DNA of 63,930 bases, counting the filler, from Thelocarpon superellum (Eukaryota): the NCBI GenBank assembly GCA_026025795.1. It is 3 parts of 3 records of this genome, joined end to end, with 100 filler letters (N's around TTAATTAATTAA, not from the genome) between each part and the next. Parts side by side here need not be neighbours in the genome. Positions count along the whole stretch, not along the records: positions 1 to 23,975 come from JAPEUG010000277.1; 2 more parts are not named here. The stretch is one strand, 5' to 3'. The position numbers and the translations under genes are program-made. The notes under the pieces are model-generated. The model worked only from the letters and a program-made list of their open reading frames with translations. It was not told where the DNA came from and did not search any database. Position 1 is the first letter of the stretch. Every line of letters starts with the position of its first letter. Positions 11,414 through 24,075 of the stretch are shown here, one piece after another.

Positions 11414-14400
11414 GGTGGTATAGGAGAGGGACCGAAAGGATGGCGAGTGAGTAGCCAAGTCCACGGAACGATATTCAGCTGTGGGCGTGACGCAAGTATG
11501 CAGGATGATGGTGGAGAAACGAGAGGCAAGGAACGAATGAGGTCCAGTCACGAGAGGAATTGAAAAGAAAGTAGATATATGAGCGAGACAACGGACGGTC
11601 GCGATGGAGTGGCCAGGTCGACGGGGGGGGATGGAACGACTCTAATACAAGACCCGCCCCGTCTCTGACAAGCTCCGGGGGTTCGAAGTCCGTCGGGCGA
11701 ACAGTAGGGTGGGTGGCCTCCCCCTCGCCGCCGGTGCACACACGGCGCCCGAAGGGGAGAAGATCACGGATGTGGGTCCACCGCATTGCGAAGGACTGGT
11801 GCGATCGACGACGATGAGCACGCGCGATGGGATCCGGGGGATGCCAAGACTGATTGGTCCCCAGCATGGATTCATGCGGCCGAAGCTCCACTGTTCCAGA
11901 TCTGGAGCCGGAGGGTTGACCGGAAGGTGGTGGGCACCCCTCCCCGCGCTGGTCGCAGCGCCAGCGACCGGGCAAGGGGTTGGTGCGAGAGTTCACAATG
12001 ATGGGCCTATCGCAGTGTCTTTAGAGTGTCAATTGACCTTACGACGGACCTGTCCGGGCGTCCCTCTCCCCCATCTTGCGTCGTTGGTGGTTTCGGCCAC
12101 ACCTGAAACGGGGCCGGTGCCTGGTGGGTTGCGGGTGGAGTCGAAGCGAGCGAGCGAGCTCGGTTCCTGACCTGGGCGCCCACTCCGACCGTGGCTTACG
12201 CTACTGCGGGGAGGTGAGGAACCTGGGGCAGCCGCATCCTCCCCATTGAACCTGGGCTATTCGTCTGCCCGTTCAGGCACCGCCGATACTTTATTGCACA
12301 GGCACTACCGAGTCCCTGGTCACGTTGAGATTCTTCAGCACCCGTCGTGTTGGTATGAGAGGACTGTATGATCGCCTTATCAGATCCTTCCTCTGCCGAG
12401 ACCACGTTGAGCGAGCCTCCGGATTGCAGAGAGGCCAGGGCTCCGTCGACCGACCACCGACTGACCACCCAGCCCTCGTCGCACTCCGTACCTCTCATCT
12501 TCCGATTGTGGTGTGATGAATGTCGTCGCAACCCTACCGCTGCTTCATCCGTGGCGTCGATGTCGATGGCGGGCTGGCACGAAAGGGGGTCGATTTGCAA
12601 CGGCCTTAGTAGCGTCTTGACCTAGCCAGAGGAAAGTTGTCGCGCGGTGGAACTTGGCGCACCGGTACGTACGCAACACCCTGGCGCGGCGAGCTATATT
12701 TGGACCATAGCGTGGCTTCCTGGGCCTTGCACCCTCGCTTGCTCGTCGTCGCCTACCAGGAGCTCGGGTAGGTTAAGCATAATGCGCCCGCGACGGAAAC
12801 GGAGCAGGACCGCGGAGACTGCCAACCAAACAGCAGCCCGGCCTGATCCATTGAGCACTGAGCAGGATCAACGTTATTCATGCGTCACCACAACCACGTT
12901 GAACTTGTCGTCATATCCCACTGTGCAGAGCACCAAGCCGTATGCTCGACAATGCGAAAGCGATGTCCGTCGGATCCATCGGCCTGCGTTTGAGCCAGAC
13001 GCTGCCAAGGCAGTGCGTAGGAACGGTGTGCGCCCACCTCCTCGCGCCTCCGTCGATGGAGATCTTTGCCATGTCGGAAACCCAATAGGTCATTCGCTCC
13101 CAGGATCCAGGGTCCTGGACCGACGCATCGACAAGTCATTTCAAGAGGACGTTATATGGCTGCCCGTGCCTGAGATTCGGCCGGAGAGATCGCTCGGGGC
13201 GCCGCGTCACCGTACCGAGGAGCGGTTCGAGCTTCGAGTCGCTGGGGTGGAGGTGGAAGGGCGTTCCTCACGTGGTCCCAGTGGGCCGCTCGGGCCTGGC
13301 GCCACCGTGCCAAGGTGCTTCGGTGAAGAAATTAGTGATAGCTGGCGTCGTCCTATAGACCATCCAAGGGAGACGGAGGCGACCGGGTCGAGTTTCACGC
13401 ACGCCTGGAGTGACCGGCGCAGGAAGGGATCCGCGGCTCCGGCGAATGGAATGCGCTCGGCTAACGTCGTGAGACCCAGCATCCTACTCAACGCGGCACC
13501 AGCGAGGCATCCGAGGGCCACCCTCGATCATCCGGCCTATCGAGAAGACCCCCAGGGTGGTGTAGAGACCGCTGGTCTCCAACAATGGTCCCTGCAAGAA
13601 GCTTCATCGTCGTGCCCCACTCGCACATCGCGCTCGCACCGGGCTGTCCCTCGGTAGATGGGTCAATGGGAAAATGGGTTTTGAGCGTAGGGCAGTCTCT
13701 CACCCGGACGATTTAACCTTACCCCTGGAGCTGATCGCACCGCATCATGTCTCCGGTCGTCGCCACCGCCCGCCATAGCCGGCGCACTTGGTCGCCGCCG
13801 GGCATTCGCGTCGTAGGGAAAGAAGGCGGCCTTGGGTCGCCAGATTTTCGCAGCACCTCGCGCCCTCTTCGGCCTTCTTCGAGGACAGAGATGTGCACGG
13901 CTTACCGTCGCATAGTCAAATGTGGCTTGCTTCTAGAATAGCTCCACGATTGTTCTAGAAGATCGTCCCCCCTGCTCCTCATCTTGATCGACTGTTCCGA
14001 TTGTTTCGGGGACAAACATAGACTCGGATGCTCGTTGACTTCATGGCTCTTCGAAAGCTTGTTTGCGCTCACCCCTGTCGATGACTGCACGGACTTGTCG
14101 CTCGGGGCCAGGTTGTCAACCAACGTTTCGTCTCGCACCGCTCGTCGCCGTCTTTTCCGGGCTCGAGGCAAGGATCGTTTCCCGCTTCGTCAACAATCGC
14201 CAGAGCTGAGCACTTGCTCCGGAGTTTCGCTCCGTCTTTGCTCGATTGAAGTCTGCTTTCAAACCGATGGGCCCGCCTGGTCTTTCTCTTAAACCCAAAC
14301 TTGCATGTTTCGCCAACATTTCACACAGGCGATTTTGGGATCTACCATCCGTGCAACTCTCCCGTTCAGTGACGACTCTGCTAAACCTGCCCTTGTTCCG

Positions 14401-15011
14401 TCACATCCACGCAAGTCGCACGTCGCATGCCGCGAGTTGCGAGGGTCGCCATGCAGAGAAACGGGTGGTCAGATCATTCCTCAATTGAATGTACCAGCCG
14501 AATCTGCGGTCCACGTGCTTACTTCAGACCGCCATGCACGACGGCCTTGCCGGGCACTCAATGCCTAAGACGCACGAGTACGTAGAGAGACATGAGCCTC
14601 TAAGAGTATCACTTGTTCACAAAGCCTTCTCAGAATGACTCATCCAGGCATCGGCCATTATCTATCAGGAAAGCCGAGGCAGAACTGAGGTTTACCGATA
14701 ACGTACAGTCGTCTCACGAAAGTAAATTTGGTGTGATGCGAATTCGGATAAAGTCACTGATAATCGAGGAGGGTAACGAACAGGTGACTGCGAAACAGGT
14801 GTGCTCTCTTCACGCCTCGTCTGTTGCGTTGGATTAGTCACGGTGTTGATGTGTCGACAAGGCGTTAACCACCTCACTTCCTCGAGGACGCGTCCTCCCC
14901 ACCAAAGACGCTCCCTCCGTGCACCACCTAGATTTGGTGTAGGCTGCAGGCTCGCGGTACTCTGCCCTTGAGAATAAGACCTTACAGCTTCAACCGTGTG
15001 TCGTCGCAAAG

Positions 15012-16230
15012 ATGGTTCAATATCGCGTCGGTATGTTTGCGTTGATGATCCCGAGAGCTCGCCACGGACAAGCTTGGCGCATGAAGTCATCGCGTCCCCG
15101 ATTTCGAACGCTGATGTAGCCTGACAGAGGTGTCTACCAACAATCGTGCGGGCTGCAAGGATTCCACTTGCAAAGCCAATGGCGTGAAGATCCTGAAAGG
15201 AGAGCTGCGGTTTGCGACCCAAGTGACCATCCAAGAGAACACTTCCTGGGTGTACAAGCACTGGTATGCGTTGCTCCGAACACGATGGGCTCGGCGACTG
15301 TCTATCTGACTAGATCTGTAGGGGATGCGTCACTCCCAAGGTGGTTGACAATCTGAAGCAGCAAATCGACAACAATCTGGAGCTGCTGGATGGGTATGAC
15401 GAGCTTCCCGCCGACGTTCAAGAAAAGGTCCGACGCGCTTTAGAGAATGGCCACGTTGATGACGAAGACTGGAAGGGAGTATGTCCGCCTGCATTACCAC
15501 ATACGAGCCTCGCTAAGGTCTTCCAGGACGTTGAGAAGAATCGGCCGGGCATGACGGGCACTCATAGTCGAACGCCTCGCCAGAAGAAGCAGCAAGAGGC
15601 CGAGGTACGGGATCTCTCCATGCTCTCCGCTTTGCGCCTTTACCCACGCATCTTCCTTCCATTTCAGTCTCTCTGCGATCGAGTCTTTCCACCCTCCTGC
15701 GAGCGACGTCCGGTCGTTTCCCCCAGGTTCTCGCTGACATGACGCCTCAGACTACCACGGATGCCGACGGGACCCACGAAGAGACTCCAAGCAAGCCTGC
15801 GACCAAGAAGCGTGCGCGAGCGAAGAAAGACCAAGCGGATGGAGAAGCCCCGGTAGCCAAGAAAGCCACAGCTAGCGGGAAAGCAGCCAAACTGGAGGAA
15901 GCTGAAGCAGCTGAGGCGCCAACGAAGAAGAGCAAAGCGACCAAGGCGACGAAGAAGGCGACCACCGCTCCCATGAATGTTGAGACGGAAGACACCGAGC
16001 CTGCTCCGAAGAAGAAACGCGCGAGCAAGAAAGAGGCTACCAAGAAAGCGGAAGCGACAGCGACACCCATTTCTGCGAAGGACCCTCCTGATAAAGACGG
16101 AGCTCCAAAGTCCAAAAAGTCCAAGGCGGCTGCCAAGACGAGTAAGACCAAGCCTGCACCGGCTGATTCTTCCAAGGGCACGGCTCCTGTCCGCAAAGGC
16201 CGTCCGAAGAAAGCGGCCGCCAGTTCATAG
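15012..16230 (+). CDS. PARP-type zinc finger protein with Lys/Ala-rich C-terminal tail
   Basis: MVQYRV|E..NRAGCKDSTCK..KILKGELRF..WVYKHW|GCVT (CxxxxC..HxxC zf-PARP); LDGYDELP..QEKVRRALENGHVDDEDWKG; multi-intron; TAG 16228-16230. Confidence 0.85.
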
Positions 16231-17347
16231 GCCGAGCCAACCGAAGCGGGAGGCGGGGGTATGGAGATGAAACGCACCCAAGGTGAAGGCTACGGCCAAG
16301 ACGAAGTCGAAGGGAAGAGTCGCGGAGTCGCAACCGCGTAAGTGCCTGTGTTCCAGGACTCGTTTGCGGACTGACATCTTTCTCAGGGCACGGAAAGCAA
16401 GCGGGATGTACCAACAACTATCTGCCTTCTCTCGCGATGACTACGCGAAGCGCATCTACTCGGCACGGGCGATCCTCCACTCTGTACAGCCTTTTCCGTG
16501 CGTGCAAGGCCTTCGCCGGGTCTGGCTAGGACTGAATCTTGTTCGTCCACGATAACCAATTGCTGAAACTTGTCTGCTACGTGCGACATGAGAAGTGGCT
16601 CAGCCGTGACGAGTAAATCCCGTAGTCAACACTACTAGTCAACATGATCCCGCTCCCATCGGTGGCAGTGATGTACTGGGCGGGGCGAACTTGACGCAAA
16701 AGGCACCTTGCCTGGAGCGGAAGGGATGCGAGCATGTGAACGTAGTGATCTCGAATCCCCGCCTAGCAGGCCGCACCGCGAGGGTTCGTCATTGACCGTT
16801 GAAATATTCATGACGCAATGTCGAGATACAGACGTGACGTCGGAGAAATGAGACCTGAGGCTACTGCAGGTCGGCTCTTTCCGAGCGATTTCGCCAATCT
16901 CGCCAATCCCAGTACCTTGTGCTGAGGATACGACCGGACGACTCCTCTCTCGCCCAGCCCAAGAGGAATGAGCTTAGTTCGTACTTGGCGCTGTCGACGC
17001 GCCCAGGCTGACAAGCGCGTTCCCACGCGCGCCCCTACGCCCACGTCCGGCACGGATACGAAGAGCGGGTGCGAGAACGGCAGATGCAATTGTTACATCA
17101 CTACTCCGTATGTCCATTTCGTCATATTGTCCATGAAGCCCCACGCTCCAACCAACCGTCTCACCGTTTGGATAACGTCATGACTACAGCAGTCCCAGCC
17201 GAACCCTTTCCATTTGGACTGCCTCGATTCGAGGTAAGCGAGCCGGGATGAAAGTGGGCGCGTCGTTGATCCCTTAGAGATCGTCCTCGGTGACATCAGG
17301 ACACATGACAGGGAACTTTCGTCGCCACCTTAGAAGAGCCGTGTAGT

Positions 17348-17355
17348 ATATAAAC
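17348..17355 (+). promoter_or_regulatory. TATA box
   Basis: TATATAAA about 90 nt upstream of ATG 17441. Confidence 0.5.
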
Positions 17356-17440
17356 CGTTATGGCGATAGCTAGAACGTATCCTATTCCAATCTCTACAAT
17401 TGAATAGTGCATCTACTCTCCCAACACCTACAATACAGTC

Positions 17441-17821
17441 ATGTCTACCTCCGCCGACGATCAATATGAGCAGCCCGACGTTGCGGCTGGAGGCGAGAAT
17501 GTCGCTTCAGACGTCAACGATAATACATATCAATCTCGGACCGGACAGGGACACATTCCCGTGCAGAAAGACGAGGACCCCGTTGACGATCCCATCGACC
17601 CAGCGACCGCGGATACCGACGAGCAATTAGGTGCGTGACGAGTACCATCCGTCATGAAAACTTCCGTCTAACCCGTCGTAGCTCGCGATGACCGTGAGGC
17701 CATTGAGCCATCCAACATCATCGAAGACCGTACTCGTGGAGCGAAGCCGACCGGTGGATATCGCGAGCCTGGGGATGAAGAGGGTCTTCCCGGGCCAGAG
17801 GATGGCACTTCTGCTGTGTGA
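17441..17821 (+). CDS. Small acidic conserved fungal protein (often labelled CHZ histone-chaperone-domain protein)
   Basis: Two exons (intron 17631-17681); DNTYQSRTGQ..IPVQKDEDPVDDPIDPATADTDEQL|ARDDREAIEPSNIIEDRTRGAKP..YREPGDEEGLP. Confidence 0.8.
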
Positions 17822-18059
17822 AGTAGTACGGAGATTATAATGTAAAATTATACATATTTTATTACACCATTTTTGGTCCGTTCAAAACCAATCAGGAAAA
17901 AAAGAGCGCATTTTTCCCGGTTGTAGGGTATTTCCCTTTCAATTTGGTAAGGTGCAAAACCTTCCTAATTTTCATTTACTGAATTAGAGCACTTGAAAAG
18001 GTTGTGGAGCAGGGTCTTAGACGGACCTGGTCGGGTCATTACCTGTCCATAGTGACAGA

Positions 18060-18304
18060 TGTGAGGCCGGGAGCTCCACGCCTCGCCGTGAGGATACGAG
18101 TATCACGTGATGGTCACATGATATTGCACGTGACATGGCACGCTGTATATAAAGCGAGTCCCGCTGCGAGCTAGCAGAGCCCCAGCGTTCAACTCGAGTA
18201 ACACGAGTAGGCTAGTCATAGGTCTAAGAGCTCTAGGAGCCAAAGAGTCAACTCTTATTGACGACGTCTACTGTCTCCGCCTAGCTGTAAGCCTCGTCGT
18301 CACA
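18060..18304 (+). mobile_element. Solo LTR (245 bp) of an LTR retrotransposon
   Basis: Termini TGTGA...TCACA; flanks ACAGA/AGAGA (5-bp target-site duplication with 1 mismatch); internal TATATAAA at 18146; no gag/pol sequence nearby. Confidence 0.7.
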
Positions 18305-18931
18305 AGAGACTTCAACATTTCGCATAGATCTCTAACCACGACTTAAGTTGGACGGTGTTGGATTATATACTTAGCTTACCGTGACCTTGCGGTGGCAGTC
18401 ATCGATGTCGAGGCGCCGGGTGTTCGGTAGACGCCTAGCTGACTTTTCGTCACACCAATCAGGTCGCGTCAAGGTAGGCGGGGTGGCTCCCCGAGGGCGC
18501 GTGGCGTAATCATTGGCTTGTTATAAATAGCGCGTGCACGCTGAGTGGTAGTAAGGCAGCTCGGGTCACCACTATCGATAGAAGCTTGCTGGGCCGGCCA
18601 GCCACGAACATGCACCTCCGAACGCCTTGGGCGCTTTCCGAACCGATCCTCACCAATCCCCCGACACGGCGCGGGATGGCGAGGGTTACTTATATGGCGG
18701 CAGTGGCTCGTTGGCCCGGGCGACTCCTGTATATCCTGTATCTTCCCTTTCGTTGTGTTAGACCTGATAGAGATCAACCTCTTCACGCGTTCGCGCGTCC
18801 GTGTGGCCGAGTGCCGTGTTCCATCGTCGATTTGCGTTCGTGTCGTCGCTCCATGCTGAGGTTGTGAAGTGGTTGTGGGCCTCATGTCCCAGGACTGAGC
18901 TGGCTCTCGAGTCTCTTTCACGGCACACGCC

Positions 18932-20632
18932 ATGGCTTCGACCGGGCCTCCACCGACGTTTCCGCCCCCGCCGCAAGGGAAGGGCGTGAACAAGGGCGGG
19001 AATCGTCGGAAACTCTTCAAGGCCAAGCCACCACCGCTCACGGAGAAGGTCGCATCGCCTAAACACACCCAAGAGATCGTCATCCAGGTGTCGGAGCGCG
19101 CCGCCACCTCGTCCCCTTCCTCCTTGCCCAACGACGAGGGCTCGGAGCCCGTCACCTCACCCGATGGCCCGCGCTCGACCACCGACCCGCCGCGGTCGCG
19201 GGCGGCGTCTCCCACGCCGACCACGTCGCAGTTTGCCGTCTTCACCGACGAGAAGCTCGCCTACCGCATGAGCGAAGCCAGCTCCGCCGCGCCCGCCGCC
19301 TCCATGTTTCCGCGCTACAACCCGGCGCTTCCCCTCGCGGAGCAGAACTACCGGCCGACGCAAACATCGCCGGGACACATCTCGCCGCAGATCATCAGCA
19401 AGCCGGCGTATTCGCCCGTGCACTGGTCTGGTCGGAGCCCGGGCCATCCCATCAGCCCGGGGAAGCTCCTTCCGTCGCCGACCACCTCCCCCTTCTCCGT
19501 CACCTTCTTCCCCACGGGCACCCTGGGCCCCGCTCGACCCCATTATTCCTCGCCGGAGGACCTCTTGGATCTGTGGGAAGCGGCCAATGGGCAAGAGATT
19601 GGTGACAAAGGACGGACCTTCGCCCTTCATGTGACACGGTGAGCCTTCTCCCGCCGACACGATGGTGAGGGTATGGGACTAACGCGGACCAGGGAGGGAA
19701 CGGTCGATCCGAGCAGCAACGCCTTCAAGGCCACGGAGAACGAGTCCTTCAGCTTTGGCGCGTCCAAAGCCAAGCCCTTCTACGATATGCAGACGCTTCG
19801 TGCGAGCGACGTTGATGACCCCTTCTCTGAATGCAACATCCGGCGACATGACCCCCGCAACGGCACCGTCATTCCCATCATGACCTTTGTGCTTCCCTCC
19901 TCGACGGAAGCGCCATCGGATGGACAGCTTACGCGTCTCTACCCCAAGATTGCGGCGATGATGGCCCTGGACCGTGCCCAAGGTCTCGTCAGCCCGGCGT
20001 CCAACGCCTCCTCAGAAGACCAGCGAGCCCGCATCGTGTCCGAGGCGGCGACGAAAGAGACGTATCGTCTCTCGTGGGACTCCGACAGCCAGCAATACTA
20101 TCTGCTGCACCCGCAAGTCGGGACCGGCGTGGGCCGGCGCTTCGTTATCATCATCGATGGGGTCGCGGGCTTCGACGTGCACGGCGCGCGAGGGACCATC
20201 CGACTGGCCGAGGTGGAGACGCAGCGCTCCTTGGTCGCTCTTGAGTTCGGTACACCGACCTTGCTGATTGACACCGGCGCGACGAGCGGCGTCGAGTCTC
20301 TCTACACCGTTGACGTGTGCGTGAGCGCCGTGCTGGCCGTGGCCGTCTTCGAAGGCCGTCGACTCCGCCTCACGCACGGTCGGGGCATCGGCGTGCCCCC
20401 GCCGCTCCTGTCGCCACCGCCGCCGTCTGTGGCGGGCGGGAAGAGCTGCATGGCGGATGAGGCAGGCGGCAAGGCGACCGACGACGCGTCCAGGCCGTTG
20501 CCAAAGCCCGCCGAGGGACTGTTGGGCGCGTTATCCGTGGGCTTCCACTTCATCATCTGGATGCTCAGCATGGTCTTTGGGGGACTCGCGACGCTGGTCG
20601 TGGCGCTCTCCGCATGCGCCAAGAAGGAATGA
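18932..20632 (+). CDS. Proline-rich conserved fungal hypothetical protein with C-terminal TM segment
   Basis: ORFs 18932-19642 and 19673-20632 are joined by intron 19639-19692; MFPRYNPALPLAEQNYRPT, LWEAANGQ, LYPKIAAMMA motifs; hydrophobic C-terminus. Confidence 0.8.
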
Positions 20633-22470
20633 TGTGATTTGCGCTCGTGGTCGGTGAGAGGAAGGTTGACAACACTCCTTGCACCCACTCATCTTCCGGC
20701 GTCGGCGTTGACGGAGGAGTCACCTGGAGGGTCAACTTGTATCATGAAGTAACAGAACCCTTTTCCAACAATCGATTCGATCGTCCGCTACCGATTACAC
20801 TCCGTGTCATTCCAAGCGGTCCCGAACGTTCTGGCGTCGGCGCTCGAGCATCAGGGAGGCCTTAGAGCCTCTGAGTGGGAGACGCTGGTATACTTCTCAG
20901 CCGTAAGCTCGATTCCTATGGTCTGGCGTGCGTGTAGGTCTCTGTCCAGCCGGCCTCCGACCGCAATCTTATTTAGTTAGTGCCCTCTTACCTACGCAAT
21001 GCCCCTCACCTTGTTGCGCAGTGGGAACACAGCGTAGATAATATAAGGGTTGGCTATCAAAACTCGGCTTGGGTCTCCCCATACCAATGATATTGGAACC
21101 GACAAAGCGGCATTTCCCGTTCCGCCTTCCATGACCAACTGCTGATTATGTCATCTTACACTACACGTGAGCAGACACTCGATACACGTGATCGCTCCAT
21201 AGCAGAGTGCGATGGATGGCCAAGATTTGACCTGTAGTATCTACGCGCCGACCCATGGATTGGACCTTGGAAGCCGACGGGCCACGAGTCCGAGTACCAG
21301 TTCGAGTAACTATCCGAGGACCAGAAGGGTTCGGGAAATGCCGGAGGTCTTCGTGTACGAAGATGCCTTGGTGCACGACCCGGAATGGGTCCAACAATAG
21401 TATTGTATGCTAGAGACTGTGGTCGGCATTGTGCTTCTCTGCCACCACTTCCGGAGTTCAGAAACAGTCTGCCGTCGTCGGCGAGACCGTGAATGATCTC
21501 CGCCTTGAAGTGGAGGAGGGCGCAAGGAAGACTGATCCACCCATGGAGGAGTCTGTCCTTATCTGGGTAAGTCACCTTCTGGTAGCTGTCTGAGACGGCC
21601 CTTAGCGTGTATCAGCGGAACAATATCCCGTGATGATAGAGAGACGTACAGCCACCCGGCCTCCCAATATATCGTCGCCATACAGTTTCGAGAGGTCTTT
21701 GCAGAGGAAGTCAATGGTATTAGCATGGACAATCCGATGCCTTGCTCGTGTCAGGGTGCTGGTTGGGGCAGGAAGAAGGTTTCTTGGCTGACACCTGACA
21801 CACCGTGGGCGTGTCATGGCGGGCGTGGAGGCTCATGCCCATGCGCGGCAACGCCAGGACGCGACGGCAGCCGGCATGTGCGCCAATCACCTGCCACGCG
21901 TGTTTTATGTTCCGGATTGCTCGTTCCTGCACAAAAGGCCAGGATCGTTTCAGAACACCTCGCCCATGCAACCGGGTACCTTGGCCTCATGCCCGACGCC
22001 GAGGCCACGGGCCAGTCGATGCACGTCCCGGCGTGCAACGACCACGGGTGCACGCGTCCGGCCCAAGCTTCCTTTGCATGATGGAAACACCAATCCCCGT
22101 CGCGATATACCATGCGTGTCCGGCACCGCCGGACATTGGAGGAGGATGCGAGCCCTGGGCCAAGGCGTTCGCGTTGGCCTTCCCCCGCATTGTGTTCGGT
22201 ATTAAGCTCAACCCTTCTCAAAATAGGATGAGAACATCTTCAGCCTCCCCTCAGTCCTCGTCGTTGCCCAATGTGCTATGCGATGCGGTTTCACCGTTTC
22301 ACCTCGGCCTCGTGCCCATCCCACACGTTTCCTCCCGGCAATATAATACCCTGGCTCCACCGATCCGCCCATCTTTCGCGGGCTTCTACCTCAATCACGC
22401 CACATCTTCACGAGTGCACCAGACGGTCCCAAGGACGTCCGGTTGACTTCCGGATGTGGGATCCATCACG

Positions 22471-23975
22471 ATGCGCTTCCTTCTCTTCTACCTCACAATC
22501 CTTTCCCTCGTCAGTGCCATCTTGTGCCAGAGCAGCGGCAGTGGCAGTGGCAGTGGCAGTGGCAGTGGCAGTCCGAGTGCCAGCACGGGGGGCACCGGTA
22601 CCGGCACCAGCGCCGGCGGCAACGGCACCGATGGATGCCCGGCACCGACAATGGCCAACTCCACTATGAGCAACTCAACGACGTCCAGCAACAGCTCAGG
22701 CACCTCGGGGAACGGTACGAGCAGCTACTCCGGAAACAATGCCACCAGCGGCGGTAGCGGTGACAACGGAACGAGCACCGGTGGAGGCAACGGGATCGGG
22801 AGCGGAGGCGCTACGGTCAACGCAACCAGCTCTTTTGGTGGTCAAACATCATCGTCCACAAACTCCTCGAACGGTGTGGAAACGCCGCAACAGCAACAAG
22901 ATCGACAAGCCTTACAACAAGCTCAGGCGCAAGCCAATCAAACGCAACGACAGGCCTTACAACAGGCCCAGGCGCAGGTCAATCAAACGCAACGACAATC
23001 CCTTCAGCAGGCGAGCGCGCAGGCCGAGCAGTACCTCCGAGAGTCTGCGCAGCACAACGTGTCGCTGACGCCCCAGATGTCGCAGGCCCTATCGGCGGTG
23101 GAGCAACTCCCGACGCTGCCCGTCCAAGCTCTACATTCCCTTCAGGCTTCCTTCCAGAACCAGACCGCCCTGTCGCAGGTGCTGCCGACCCAGGTACTCA
23201 ACGCCCTGCAGTCCGTGCAGGCCGCATATCGACCCCAGAACCAGACCCAGCCGGGTCCGACGATATCGCCGGCGGCAAGCGGAAACCAGCAGCCGGCGGC
23301 GAACGGAAGCCAGCCCACGGTCCTGCAGCAAGGGGCGAACGGTACCCACCCGGCAGTAGCCGGAGGAGTCCAGCAGCTAGGGGCCAATGGAACTTCGCAA
23401 TCGGGTGGCGTTTTGATCAGTGAGGGCAACGAGCCTGGCGCGGGTACTCAAACCGTCGGCACTGCGGCGGCGCAAGCCCAGAACGCAACCAAAGCCGGCG
23501 GCATTGCTCAGACCGACACCACGATCTCGCTAGCCAACGAGCCGGGAGCAGGCACTCAGCCCGGTAGTGCCGCCGCCCTACCCGGCGGCAGTGCTCAGAA
23601 CGTCACAGTGTCCGGCCAGCAGCCCGAAACGGGTCAGAACCTCACCTACACTGGGGTGAAGAATGTGATCCACAACACGACGGCGGCCTCGCAGCAGGGA
23701 TTGAGCAGCCAACCAGCTGGATCGGCTCAGAACCTCACCTATACCGGCGTCAACGATGTGATCCACAACACGACGGCGGCCTCGCAGCAGGGGTTGAGCA
23801 GCCAACCAGCTGGATCGGCTCAGAACCTTACCTATACCGGCGTCAACAATGTGATCCACAACACGACGGCGGCCTCGCAGCAGGGATTGAGCAGCCAACC
23901 AGCTGGATCGGCTCAGAACCTTACCTATACCGGCGTCAACGATGTGATCCACAACACGACGGCGGCCTCCCAAGG
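22471..23975 (+). CDS. Secreted Ser/Gly/Gln-rich glycoprotein with 31-aa tandem repeats; 3' end lost in gap
   Basis: Signal peptide MRFLLFYLTILSLVSA; intronless open frame running into the N-gap; many N-x-S/T sequons. Confidence 0.85.
23635..23975 (+). repeat. 93-nt coding tandem repeat (>=3.7 copies)
   Basis: Units start at 23635, 23728, 23821, 23914; each encodes QNLTYTGVNDVIHNTTAASQQGLSSQPAGSA or a close variant. Confidence 0.95.
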
Positions 23976-24075
23976 NNNNNNNNNNNNNNNNNNNNNNNNN
24001 NNNNNNNNNNNNNNNNNNNTTAATTAATTAANNNNNNNNNNNNNNNNNNNNNNNNNNNNNNNNNNNNNNNNNNNN
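23976..24075. other. Assembly gap with artificial TTAATTAATTAA six-frame stop linker
   Basis: 44 N + TTAATTAATTAA (24020-24031) + 44 N. Confidence 0.95.

Noticed and set aside
12647..13657. 336-aa ORF in the long adhesin upstream region
   Set aside because: GTG start, Arg/Pro/Ser-rich composition typical of GC-rich non-coding frames, no recognisable motif.
21156..21730. Possible two-exon minus-strand ORF
   Set aside because: A plausible intron exists, but there is no recognisable protein motif; cannot be supported without homology or RNA data.
24020..24031. Palindromic TTAATTAATTAA inside N-runs (also 47968-47979)
   Set aside because: Identical and exactly centred in 100-nt gaps; it is an artificial six-frame stop linker, not biology. 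Adjacency across the gaps is unverified.
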